Shown: positions 1-9,336 of the stretch, one piece after another | Layout of the letters: each line of letters begins with the position of its first letter | Numbering within the stretch: the stretch's first letter is position 1 | Origin: an uncultured Prolixibacteraceae bacterium | GTDB lineage: Bacteria > Bacteroidota > Bacteroidia > Bacteroidales > FEN-979 | Direction: 5' to 3' | NCBI GenBank assembly: GCA_964616825.1 | Contig: CAZTSX010000002.1 | Coordinates: 149,054 to 213,053 of the forward strand | DNA length: 64,000 nucleotides | The notes under the pieces: model-generated | What the model saw: the letters and a program-made list of their open reading frames with translations, nothing else | Database searches by the model: none | What the model was told of the DNA's origin: nothing | Made by a program: the position numbers and the translations under genes

Positions 1-1611
1 GATTATGAAATTTCTGCCTGGTATGATCTGACAGCTTATGGTTTCCCCGGTGAATATGATGAATCGATGAAAGAAGGTCCGATTACAGTTCAGGTAAACT
101 ATGGAAGGCCATTGCCCTTTTTCGAACCCTGGGATCAGGCTTCTTTCCTGTTTAACGACTGGCGGTTTGATCCTGTTCAGGGAAACTGGATGATGGATGT
201 CAATTCAGGTCTTCCTCCTCCTTCTGCCAGGTTCTCCTGGTCACCAATTCAATCCAATTATTCATATAGTCTGGAGAGTCCTGTGCTTGATGCCACACCG
301 TATGAATGCTCACAGATCTGGCTCGATTTTGATCTGCAATTAGAAGATAGAAATGCAACAGGAACGGAGAAGCTCTGCATAGAGATCTATTACAATAATA
401 GCTGGCACAGAATGACCGAGTATTTGAATACAGGTTCGTTTGATTGGGAACTCCGGCATATAGATATCTCCCCGGTTGGAGAGAAAGCTTTCCGCGTTCG
501 TTTTCGTGCTGAGGGATTGTACTCGGAAGATATCATGGCGTGGTTGCTAGACAACATCTCCATCTATCCTGTTTGTTATCCGGCTCAAAACCTGCAGGGT
601 GAAGCCGTGGGAGCTGATGTTTATCTCAGCTGGAGTCCTCCGCAGTGTGGAGGCACCGGCAGGCAGCTGAATGAGGGATTTGAAGGCGCCATGTTCCCGC
701 CGGAATGGTGGGATCAGATCATTACCAATAGCATGGCCACCTGGAGTCATACCTCTTTATCCTCTCCCCTTGGAGTTCATTCCGGAAACTTTTCGGCCGG
801 GTTGCTCTGGGATTATAACCATCAGGATGAGTGGTTGATTGCACGGAATATAAATGTGACCGGGAACCTGACTTTCTGGAGTCATGCATATCAGGGTTCC
901 ACATATGACGATCATTATTATGTGAAGGTTTCACCCGATGGAGGTTCAACTTGGGATATCCTTTTTGATTTGAGTTCACTGCCTGTTTATCCAAGCGTAA
1001 CCGGGTACAATCAATGGGAAACACCTTATGAAATTGATATGTCATCCTACATCGGACAAACAGTAGATATCGCCTGGCAGGGAATTGACAATAATGGTCA
1101 GGGATTATGGTACTCATGGGCGATCGACGACTGTTCCATCGGGACAGATGGATTTAACCCCATCACGTACGACATATACAGGAGAACCGGAGGAAGCGGT
1201 GATTTTAACCTGATCAGCACAGTTCCGCTAACCGATACAACATTCCTGGATGAGAACCTCCCCCCTCAGGAGTATCAATACTATGTGCTGGCATTGTGGT
1301 CTGGATGCATCCAATCAGAATCTTCAGATACCATTACAGTGGATGTAATCACATCCTTCGAACAGATCGGTGAATTGCTTGAAATTCGGGTCTATCCGAA
1401 TCCTGTTTCCGATCTTCTTTATGTTGAATCCCAGGCGCCTATCCTGGACATCGAGCTGATTAACCAGCAGGGAGAGGTTGTTCTCTCCAGAAAAATCCAA
1501 TCCCAAAAACGAATTCAAATTGTGACCAATCAGGTTGTCCCGGGATTGTATTTGATGGTTGTCCGCACAAATCATCAGATATCGTACTTTAAAGTTCTTA
1601 TATTCAACTAA
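1..1611 (+). CDS. T9SS-sorted surface protein; N-terminus lies off-window
   Basis: Frame 1 is open from base 1 (DYEISAWYDLTAYGFPGEYDES...), so the Met at 67 is internal. The first ~190 aa parallel a module near the C-terminus of the next gene (LPFxExWDQASFxxNDWxFxPxQGNW ... IWLDFD ... DRNATG ... DNI). The C-terminus (RVYPNPVSDLLYVES...GLYLMVVRT...) is a typical T9SS sorting domain. Confidence 0.85.
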   Translation, partial: DYEISAWYDLTAYGFPGEYDESMKEGPITVQVNYGRPLPFFEPWDQASFLFNDWRFDPVQGNWMMDVNSGLPPPSARFSWSPIQSNYSYSLESPVLDATPYECSQIWLDFDLQLEDRNATGTEKLCIEIYYNNSWHRMTEYLNTGSFDWELRHIDISPVGEKAFRVRFRAEGLYSEDIMAWLLDNISIYPVCYPAQNLQGEAVGADVYLSWSPPQCGGTGRQLNEGFEGAMFPPEWWDQIITNSMATWSHTSLSSPLGVHSGNFSAGLLWDYNHQDEWLIARNINVTGNLTFWSHAYQGSTYDDHYYVKVSPDGGSTWDILFDLSSLPVYPSVTGYNQWETPYEIDMSSYIGQTVDIAWQGIDNNGQGLWYSWAIDDCSIGTDGFNPITYDIYRRTGGSGDFNLISTVPLTDTTFLDENLPPQEYQYYVLALWSGCIQSESSDTITVDVITSFEQIGELLEIRVYPNPVSDLLYVESQAPILDIELINQQGEVVLSRKIQSQKRIQIVTNQVVPGLYLMVVRTNHQISYFKVLIFN

Positions 1612-1679
1612 ATAGGAATCTATTTATTTAATTAGCGTGTTTTTTATCTAAATTTCTTTGGATATTTGGAATTCTTATC

Positions 1680-1687
1680 TATTTTTG
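1680..1687 (+). promoter_or_regulatory. Candidate Bacteroidota -7 promoter box (TATTTTTG) for the giant gene
   Basis: Matches TAnnTTTG, 59 nt upstream of the ATG at 1746, in an A+T-rich intergenic region. Confidence 0.3.
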
Positions 1688-1745
1688 TAGCAGGACATGA
1701 TATATGTCTTATACAATTCATCTAATTTTAACCAAATAAATCATT

Positions 1746-4700
1746 ATGAAACAAATGCTTACAGGAAAATTACGCATGGGATGGCTAGTCGTAGCTATTT
1801 TCATGCTTGCAGGGATGATGACATTTGCACAGAGTGTACCTGAGTTGATCTATTACAAATTCGACGAATCAGGTGCTACTGTGACCAATGATGCATCAGC
1901 TCCTGTTGGAACAAATCCTGCTCCAATTCTGGGACTATCCCAGGGAGGTACCGGCCAGTTTGGCGGAGCTCTACTTGGAGTTGGAGGATCTTCTTCAACC
2001 AACTACGTGAACACAGGTTGGGGAGCAAACCTGCCGGGTAACCCGGGTTGGACAATCTCCATGTGGATGAACGGCATGACCACCACGTTCAGTTATCTTT
2101 TTGGGGATAACACAGCTGGCTCATTCCGGAGCTTTATTAACGGAGCTGCCGGTTCGGGTAACATCATCCTTCGTGGAGGTGGCCTGTCAGACTGCATCAT
2201 TCCAGGTATAACCGGTGGTCCAGTTGTAGTACACTTCGTCTATACTGGCACTCAGATTTTGGGTTACAAAAATGGTGTCCTTACTACTACAATTGCTGAC
2301 CCTGCCATCAACATCAACGGATCTGGTCCGTTCAAGATAGGAGGGTACTCTTCCAGTGCAGGAATGCCTGCCGGCTCAGCGATTGATGAGTTCCGGATTT
2401 ACAACCGGCCCCTGGATGCTGCTGAGATAGCTGCTACCTGGGATCAGGAGCTTCCGGTAGGCGGTCCCCCCGGTTCAGTCATAACGATCGGTACAGGTAC
2501 CGGCACCTATGGCATTCCGTATTATACCTTTTATCAAGACGCCAGGTCTCTGATGATCTATGATGCTGCTGATATTATTGCAGCGGGTGGTTCATATGGT
2601 GAGTTCAGCACGATTGCATTTGATGTGTCATCTGCTCAGTCTCAAACGATGAACGGGTTTAACATCTTAATGAAGAACACGAGTACTCTTCTTCCTTCAT
2701 CATTCGAAACCGGGATGACCACAGTCTATAGTGGCTCTTATTCTGTTCCCGGAACAGGCTGGCAAACGATTAACCTCCAGACACCGTTTTTATGGGATGG
2801 AGTCAGTAATCTGGCTGTAGAGGTCTGTTTCGACAATACATCGTATACGAGTAGCTCTTATGTGCGCTATACGTTTACCAACCCGAGGCAGGTTTACCAC
2901 CGTCACTACGACTATAGCACCGGTTGTTCAATAACCTCTGGTTTAAATTACTATTACCTTCCTAACGTGCAGTTTACCTTTACACCGATAGATCCGGTGG
3001 CATTTCTGGAAGGGCTTGTGTATAACTTTGACACAGGCGAACCGATTGTAGGCGCCAAAGTCGAAGCAGGCGGAGAGACCACATACTCCGTAGCCGGCGG
3101 TCTCTACTTACTGGAACTGCCAGCCGGGACACATGATGTTACGGTAACGAAAGCCGGTTTTGATGATTTCACCGCCGGACCCTTTGTATTTAATCTGTGG
3201 GAGACTGTCGTATTGGATGTTCCGTTGCTTCGTGGAACATATCCTCCATGGGGTGTTGTAGCTGCCCTGAATGCACCTGAGACAGCTGTGGATATCAGCT
3301 GGATGACTCCACAAGGTTGGATGGAGATTCGTTATGACGATGGCATTTGTGATAACTTCACTGTATGGGCCGCAGGCGGTAACGGGAATGCAGTAAAATT
3401 CACACCTGTTGGATACCCTGCTGATGTTTTTGGAGGTAGCGTTCATATTGGAACGGAAGCCGAATATCCTCCGGGCTCCGACCCGCTTCAACCGTTCGGG
3501 ATGGTTATTTATGATGACAGTGGCCCTGGTGGAACGCCCGGACAAGCGATTAGCGATACGATCGAAGTCACACCAACTGATTTTGGTTGGATTGAATTTT
3601 CTTTCTCGGGCATCACTATTCCTAGCGGCAATTTCTACATAGTGATGATCCAGGGCGGCAACGCGCCTGATGCAGCAGGTATCTGTATCGATGAGGATGA
3701 TCCACAACTGCGCAGTTACTCCCAACACATGGGCGGACCGTGGCTCCCGGCTTCGGGCAATTTCATGCTGCGTGCAATCGTATGGGGCCAGGGCGGACCG
3801 CTGATGCTGGATGCTCTTGGCGACAACACACCTATCACAGCTTCAGAAATTGATGGCGCTATTTACAGCCACCAACCGGAGACGGTAACAGGTGTTGAAG
3901 GCCAGGGATGGTTTGCGAATTTTGAGTGGTCCACATTCAATCCGAGCAATACCCCACAGCCTTATATCAGTGGCACCAATCCTAATCAGGAAGTTGTTGA
4001 TGAAGCTGATGGCGGTACCAGTGTCGACTTTGCCGGTTCATCGATTCCGTTGAGCACATCAGAAGCTGTATTGTATGACAATGGCCCGCTGGTAAACAGC
4101 CCGGGTACAGGTTCAGGCGGCGCTGATGAGAGTATCGTGGAGTCTCCATTGACCACTTATGGTTTTGGCTTCCAGAATGCATCCGATATCCACGTTGCCG
4201 ATGACTTTACCGTTACAGGCGCCGGCTGGAATATAACCTCCATGGAGTTCTTCGGATATCAGACCGGTTCTCCAACAACCTCTTCATTTACCGGGATCTT
4301 TGTCGCGATATGGGACGGTGAGCCTGGCCTTGCCGGTTCAAGCGTGGTCTGGGGAGACCAGACTACGAATCTGCTTGCCACTACAACGTGGTCGAACATC
4401 TATCGCAACAACAACGGTCCTGGCGGAAGTACCAACCGTCCGGTCATGCAGATTGTTGCTTCGACACCCGGACTGTCACTTACCCCTGGTTCTTACTGGG
4501 TAGAGTGGTCAGCCACCGGTTCACTGGGTTCAGGCCCCTGGGCTCCGCCGATTACTATCACCGGCCAGCCAACGACAGGGAATGCTGTACAGTTATATCT
4601 GGGCGCCTGGAGCCCGCTCATGAGTGGAACGACTTATGCTCAGGGAATGCCTTTCATCGTGAACGGTATTCAGATGAGCCCTCCCGGTGATATTGATTAC

Positions 4701-7700
4701 CAGGTATGGCGTCTGCTGCAAGGTGACGAAGGCAACCCAGGAACATGGACTTCGATTGGCACAACCAGCAATACATACATTACCGATAACAGCTGGCCGT
4801 CGCTTCCATGTAATCCTTATCGCTGGGCAGTGAAAGCTATCTATCCGGGTAACCGGGTTAGTACTGAAGCCTTCTCAAACGGTTTAGGCAAGTGCTGGAC
4901 AGCTGATGTAACAGTAAATGTATATCTCTCATGCGATTCCAGTCAGGTTGAAGGAACAGTGGTCGATTTATTAAATCTCGATTACGACTCTACCTATTCG
5001 GCTACACTTCCAGCTTCCGGAACTGTAGATTTCGCTGACGTTTATCTGGGGAATTATTTGCTGACGGTTTCACAAAATGGATACGAAACGCATACGTCCA
5101 ATCACCTTATCATGTCTGATATGGTGATCGATGTGAACTTACTGCAGCTTCGGATTCCTCCAACAGATATGTTTGTCGATGACAAAAGCCTGTTTTCCAC
5201 CTGGAGACCTCCAAGTCCGTTAGTAACGGTCTTTGATGAGAATTTCAGTGGAGGCTTTACACCAAATGGATGGACTGCTCAAGCAAACTGGTCCGTTAAT
5301 AGTTCCTTTGGGAATCCTGCTCCATCGGCACAATTCTCATGGTATCCCACACAAACTAATTATGAGTTAGCGTTGACAAGTAAAGTGTTCACAGGACCGG
5401 GAGCACCTGACTTCAACCTGAGTTACGACATTAACCTGAATAATTTCTCAGCGAGTGGAGCAGAACATATGACCATTCAAATCAACGGTGGTAGCGGTTG
5501 GGTTACCCTGGCAGACTGGGCTAACACTGCCAACATTCCATGGACTACCGATGTAGTCAATATCGGAGCTTATACCAACGCAACATTCCAGATTCGGTTT
5601 CTTGCCAATGGTGCGGATAGCTGGGACATCAATTACTGGTATATCGATAATGTACAACTCATTGCAGTAGTACCGGATCCAACAGATTGTGTCCTTGCCT
5701 ATAACGTATACCTCGACAATGTTCTCAGTGGGGTTACACAGGATACGTTCTATCTTATTCCGGGAACCCATGTAAATTATGGCCAGGACTATGAGGCATG
5801 TGTGAAAGCGGTTTACGGAAGCGGATATTCTGATGGATCTTGTTTTGACTTTACATCCGGATTCCTATGGCCGCCACTTAACCTGGAAGTTGAAGCTGTT
5901 GAGTGTGCCGCTTACCTTACATGGGAACAACCACAAATTGGAGTTCGCGTAGATGTTCCTAGATTTCAAGGTACAATTGAAAAGAGTAGTATTCTTCCAA
6001 GTGCAGGACCCGCACCGATTGACCCCTCAGATATCAAACTGACACAGAATAACAGTGATCCGAATTCCGATTCAAGAGGTTCTATTGTCTTTGGATTTGA
6101 AGCAATCAATGATATTTTTATTGATTTTGATGTGGATGACTTGCCAGCATTTACTACCATTGGACCAACCGCCACTCCGAACTTCGTTGGCGGATTAGCT
6201 TTCCCGATGAATGAAACAGCATTTGCCTATGGCGTTGTTTATGGCTCCACAAACCTCTACTCGTGTGAACGTGCAACGGGAATCTCAACCCTCGTTGGCA
6301 ACTATGGTGGGGCTGGCTTTAATGACTTCACCATAGATCCGACTACAGGTACCTATTATGGAACCGACGGATCGAATCTTTGGAGTGTTGATCCAAGTGG
6401 TCCGAGTTCAATTAATATCGGACCTCACGGCGGCGCTGCTAACTTGATGATTGGTCTTGCTTGTGATGCCAATGGAGACCTGTGGGCATATGATATCGGA
6501 AACGATCAATTCTATTCTATTGATAAAACAACAGGCTTAGCCACTACAATCGGATCCATTGGTTTCAATGCCAACTATGCTCAGAGTATGTTTTACGATC
6601 CGGCAACAAGCACCGTTACAATGGCTGCCTTTAACCTTAGTAATTTCGATGCAGAAATCAGAGCGGTTGATGTTACTACAGGTAATACTACGATCCTGAG
6701 TTCATTGTATTATCATGAGATTACCGCATCAGCACATCCTATTGTAGGTGGTGGTGGCGCTCCTCCGGGACTGCTTGGATACAATGTTTATCGTGATGGC
6801 AATTTCATAGCCCTGGTTACAGACGGGGATACAACATGGTATTACGACTTTGATGTTGATCCTGGCACACACCAGTATGGTGTAACCGCATACTATGATT
6901 TGACGCCTTATGGCTTCCCGGGAGAGTTCGATGAGTCACTTATCGAAGGCCCTGTTGAGCACGTAGTTATTTGTGGTCGCGACCTGCCATTCTGTGAGAC
7001 CTGGGATCAAGCCAGTTTTGCTTACAATGATTGGACGTTTGCACCTGATCAAGGCAACTGGGAAATAACTACAGCCGTAGGATTACCTGCTCCGGCTGCT
7101 GACTTTAACTGGGTACCGATTCTTATAGACTATGAGTACTCACTCGAGAGCCCGATTCTGAATGCAGGTCCGTGGAACTGTGCTTCTATTTGGTTAGACT
7201 TTGACTGGAAGCTGGTTGATCGGAATGCCACTGGCATCGAAATGCTGATAGTTGAAGTTTTATGGGGCGGTATGTGGCACGAAGTACTTGAAGTAGCCAA
7301 CAACGGTTCTGTTGACTGGACCTTTGAGCACATCGACATCACAGATGCCGGGGGCAAAGCCCTCAAGGTACGCTTTACTGCTCTTGGCGAAAACAGCGAA
7401 GACATCCTTCACTGGTATGTAGATAACATCTGCGTATATGGTATATGTAACCCTCCTGTTGATCTGACCTTAGTTGATCTGTATGCGTTCGACGTTTTCC
7501 TCGAGTGGACCGCTCCTACATGTACCAGTGGCGGTGGCGGAGTTGTCATGGACTTCATCTTTGACGATGGCACAGCTGAGAATGGCTGGGCGATCAATCC
7601 GGGCTTCCTCGCCTGGTTAGGAAATGAGTTCCCGATCGATCCCAGTTTCAGCGGAGTGATTACATCAGTCGACGTATGGTTTGGTTTTGGTTCTGGAGCT

Positions 7701-8639
7701 TCTCCGGGCCTTACCATGGATTTCTTCGATGGTAGCCAAACCTTGGTTGGTTCTTCACCTGTCTTTACTTCACCTCATGAAGATTGGCTAAATATCCCGA
7801 TCAATAATGTTCCTTTCTCCGGATTGTTCTACGCGATGGTGAAATGGGATATGGTAGGAGGAAGTAACTACCTTGGATACGACGAGAATGGTCCATTTGC
7901 ACCCCAAAACCTTGAGTGGTATACTGACGGTACTGTATGGGATAAACTTACCAATTTAGCTGGAGCGCCTCCGGGAGTATTCCTGATTCGTGCTACAGCT
8001 TTAGTAGGTGGAGACATGCAGGAAGTTCTTCTAATTCCTGGCTCAGAGCCGATTGCCATGAATAATACAATACCTGACGGTATTCTCACACAAAGTGGCC
8101 AATCTTTCGATACGAAGAACTACAGGACCATGGGTGTACATCGTGGCGAAGCTGATACTGCTCAGCTTATGGGCTACAATGTCTATCGTGCATTTGAAGC
8201 CGATCCTTTTGAGGTGATCGGCACAACTACCGACACCACATACCATGACGTACTGGATCCTACAACACCAATTGGCTCCGAATTTCACTACTATGTAACA
8301 ACTATTTACAACGATTCGGAAACAAGTGAGTTCTTGTGTGAATCACCCGGTTCGGATACGATTCCTGTCCTTTGGCCGGCTACTGGCATTGATGATCTTG
8401 GTGCCGGTTCGATCACTGTATTCCCGAGTCCGGCAACGGATATTGTTACTATTAAGAGTAGCTATACGATCAACGAGATCGAAATAATGAGCTTCCTTGG
8501 CCAGCAAGTATACACCCAGCGTGGTGTGGATGCACGGGCAACGAAGGTTAATGTTTCGAATCTGAGAGCAGGCGTGTACTTTGTGAAGGTAACTACCTCC
8601 CAGGGTATTCGTGCTGTGAAGATTACCGTTACTCACTAA
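1746..8639 (+). CDS. Giant (2297 aa) T9SS-sorted multidomain surface protein/adhesin
   Basis: Has an N-terminal signal peptide (MGWLVVAIFMLAGMMTFAQS). A LamG/concanavalin-like segment follows (IDEFRIYNRPLDAAEIAATW), then a CarboxypepD_reg-like fold (GLVYNFDTGEPIVGAKVEAGGETTYS...GTHDVTVTKAGFDDF). There are at least two MAM/choice-of-anchor-like modules and beta-propeller-like repeats (GDLWAYDIGNDQFYSIDKTTG). The C-terminal T9SS domain reads ITVFPSPATDIVTIKS...GVYFVKVTT. Confidence 0.9.
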   Translation: MKQMLTGKLRMGWLVVAIFMLAGMMTFAQSVPELIYYKFDESGATVTNDASAPVGTNPAPILGLSQGGTGQFGGALLGVGGSSSTNYVNTGWGANLPGNPGWTISMWMNGMTTTFSYLFGDNTAGSFRSFINGAAGSGNIILRGGGLSDCIIPGITGGPVVVHFVYTGTQILGYKNGVLTTTIADPAININGSGPFKIGGYSSSAGMPAGSAIDEFRIYNRPLDAAEIAATWDQELPVGGPPGSVITIGTGTGTYGIPYYTFYQDARSLMIYDAADIIAAGGSYGEFSTIAFDVSSAQSQTMNGFNILMKNTSTLLPSSFETGMTTVYSGSYSVPGTGWQTINLQTPFLWDGVSNLAVEVCFDNTSYTSSSYVRYTFTNPRQVYHRHYDYSTGCSITSGLNYYYLPNVQFTFTPIDPVAFLEGLVYNFDTGEPIVGAKVEAGGETTYSVAGGLYLLELPAGTHDVTVTKAGFDDFTAGPFVFNLWETVVLDVPLLRGTYPPWGVVAALNAPETAVDISWMTPQGWMEIRYDDGICDNFTVWAAGGNGNAVKFTPVGYPADVFGGSVHIGTEAEYPPGSDPLQPFGMVIYDDSGPGGTPGQAISDTIEVTPTDFGWIEFSFSGITIPSGNFYIVMIQGGNAPDAAGICIDEDDPQLRSYSQHMGGPWLPASGNFMLRAIVWGQGGPLMLDALGDNTPITASEIDGAIYSHQPETVTGVEGQGWFANFEWSTFNPSNTPQPYISGTNPNQEVVDEADGGTSVDFAGSSIPLSTSEAVLYDNGPLVNSPGTGSGGADESIVESPLTTYGFGFQNASDIHVADDFTVTGAGWNITSMEFFGYQTGSPTTSSFTGIFVAIWDGEPGLAGSSVVWGDQTTNLLATTTWSNIYRNNNGPGGSTNRPVMQIVASTPGLSLTPGSYWVEWSATGSLGSGPWAPPITITGQPTTGNAVQLYLGAWSPLMSGTTYAQGMPFIVNGIQMSPPGDIDYQVWRLLQGDEGNPGTWTSIGTTSNTYITDNSWPSLPCNPYRWAVKAIYPGNRVSTEAFSNGLGKCWTADVTVNVYLSCDSSQVEGTVVDLLNLDYDSTYSATLPASGTVDFADVYLGNYLLTVSQNGYETHTSNHLIMSDMVIDVNLLQLRIPPTDMFVDDKSLFSTWRPPSPLVTVFDENFSGGFTPNGWTAQANWSVNSSFGNPAPSAQFSWYPTQTNYELALTSKVFTGPGAPDFNLSYDINLNNFSASGAEHMTIQINGGSGWVTLADWANTANIPWTTDVVNIGAYTNATFQIRFLANGADSWDINYWYIDNVQLIAVVPDPTDCVLAYNVYLDNVLSGVTQDTFYLIPGTHVNYGQDYEACVKAVYGSGYSDGSCFDFTSGFLWPPLNLEVEAVECAAYLTWEQPQIGVRVDVPRFQGTIEKSSILPSAGPAPIDPSDIKLTQNNSDPNSDSRGSIVFGFEAINDIFIDFDVDDLPAFTTIGPTATPNFVGGLAFPMNETAFAYGVVYGSTNLYSCERATGISTLVGNYGGAGFNDFTIDPTTGTYYGTDGSNLWSVDPSGPSSINIGPHGGAANLMIGLACDANGDLWAYDIGNDQFYSIDKTTGLATTIGSIGFNANYAQSMFYDPATSTVTMAAFNLSNFDAEIRAVDVTTGNTTILSSLYYHEITASAHPIVGGGGAPPGLLGYNVYRDGNFIALVTDGDTTWYYDFDVDPGTHQYGVTAYYDLTPYGFPGEFDESLIEGPVEHVVICGRDLPFCETWDQASFAYNDWTFAPDQGNWEITTAVGLPAPAADFNWVPILIDYEYSLESPILNAGPWNCASIWLDFDWKLVDRNATGIEMLIVEVLWGGMWHEVLEVANNGSVDWTFEHIDITDAGGKALKVRFTALGENSEDILHWYVDNICVYGICNPPVDLTLVDLYAFDVFLEWTAPTCTSGGGGVVMDFIFDDGTAENGWAINPGFLAWLGNEFPIDPSFSGVITSVDVWFGFGSGASPGLTMDFFDGSQTLVGSSPVFTSPHEDWLNIPINNVPFSGLFYAMVKWDMVGGSNYLGYDENGPFAPQNLEWYTDGTVWDKLTNLAGAPPGVFLIRATALVGGDMQEVLLIPGSEPIAMNNTIPDGILTQSGQSFDTKNYRTMGVHRGEADTAQLMGYNVYRAFEADPFEVIGTTTDTTYHDVLDPTTPIGSEFHYYVTTIYNDSETSEFLCESPGSDTIPVLWPATGIDDLGAGSITVFPSPATDIVTIKSSYTINEIEIMSFLGQQVYTQRGVDARATKVNVSNLRAGVYFVKVTTSQGIRAVKITVTH

Positions 8640-8683
8640 CAACCGAACAGATGCGATTCATCGCATCTCATAAGGATACAAAA

Positions 8684-8714
8684 GGGGCCCGATTATCGGG
8701 CCTCTTTTTTTTTA
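8684..8714 (+). terminator. Rho-independent terminator of the giant gene
   Basis: GGCCCG-ATTAT-CGGGCC hairpin followed by TCTTTTTTTTTT. Confidence 0.75.
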
Positions 8715-8767
8715 TTTTTGCAATTTAATTGGATTGATATCGTTTTACGTCTAAAGAATAATAAGAT

Positions 8768-9298
8768 ATGAAGATACAACGACTAACCCAAGGACTTGTC
8801 TTTGCCTTGCTTCTTTCCTTAACAGCTTGTACACCTGCAAAATTCAACACCTATATCATTGGCAGGTGGCAACCGCAAAAGATTGGCAATCATGATATTT
8901 ATCCATCTACTCTGGCGGAAGACACTGAATTGAAGCCCATTTCCTCTCCTGATAATCAGGCGCTGGATTTGCTCAAACAATCAATCTATGACGCTGGAAA
9001 GAAGCAGAAAGGGACGACGATAACCGATATGAAAGCACAGTTTAAAAAGGCCAATAAAGAAAGTCTGACGACGTATATCTTTACTTCACCCGGAAAGGGA
9101 ATCCGGGTAATCCCCGGTGGCGAATCAATGGAAATAACCTGGCGGTTTAAAAATGGGGGAAAACTACTGGTAATAAAGGATCCTGGAATCTCTGATCGGG
9201 TGAAACTTGTCATCGAAACCCTTACCATGACAACAATGGTGATTAGGAACAAATCCAATCTTCTCAAAGGAATAACGGTGACCTATATTAAGCAGTAG
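8768..9298 (+). CDS. Hypothetical lipoprotein
   Basis: Signal peptide with lipobox LSLTAC. No recognisable catalytic motif. Confidence 0.7.
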   Translation: MKIQRLTQGLVFALLLSLTACTPAKFNTYIIGRWQPQKIGNHDIYPSTLAEDTELKPISSPDNQALDLLKQSIYDAGKKQKGTTITDMKAQFKKANKESLTTYIFTSPGKGIRVIPGGESMEITWRFKNGGKLLVIKDPGISDRVKLVIETLTMTTMVIRNKSNLLKGITVTYIKQ

Positions 9299-9336
9299 AT
9301 TTTTTCAGAATCCTTTTTACCCTCAGATTCATTGAA

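Noticed and set aside
3108-3728. 206-aa minus-strand ORF inside the giant adhesin gene. Similar antisense ORFs occur at 13487-14077, 20840-21448, 29663-30028, 36637-37167, 37402-37893 and 41878-42369.
   Set aside because: All lie fully within strong, motif-bearing genes on the opposite strand. Their compositions are Arg/Ser/Cys-rich and non-protein-like.
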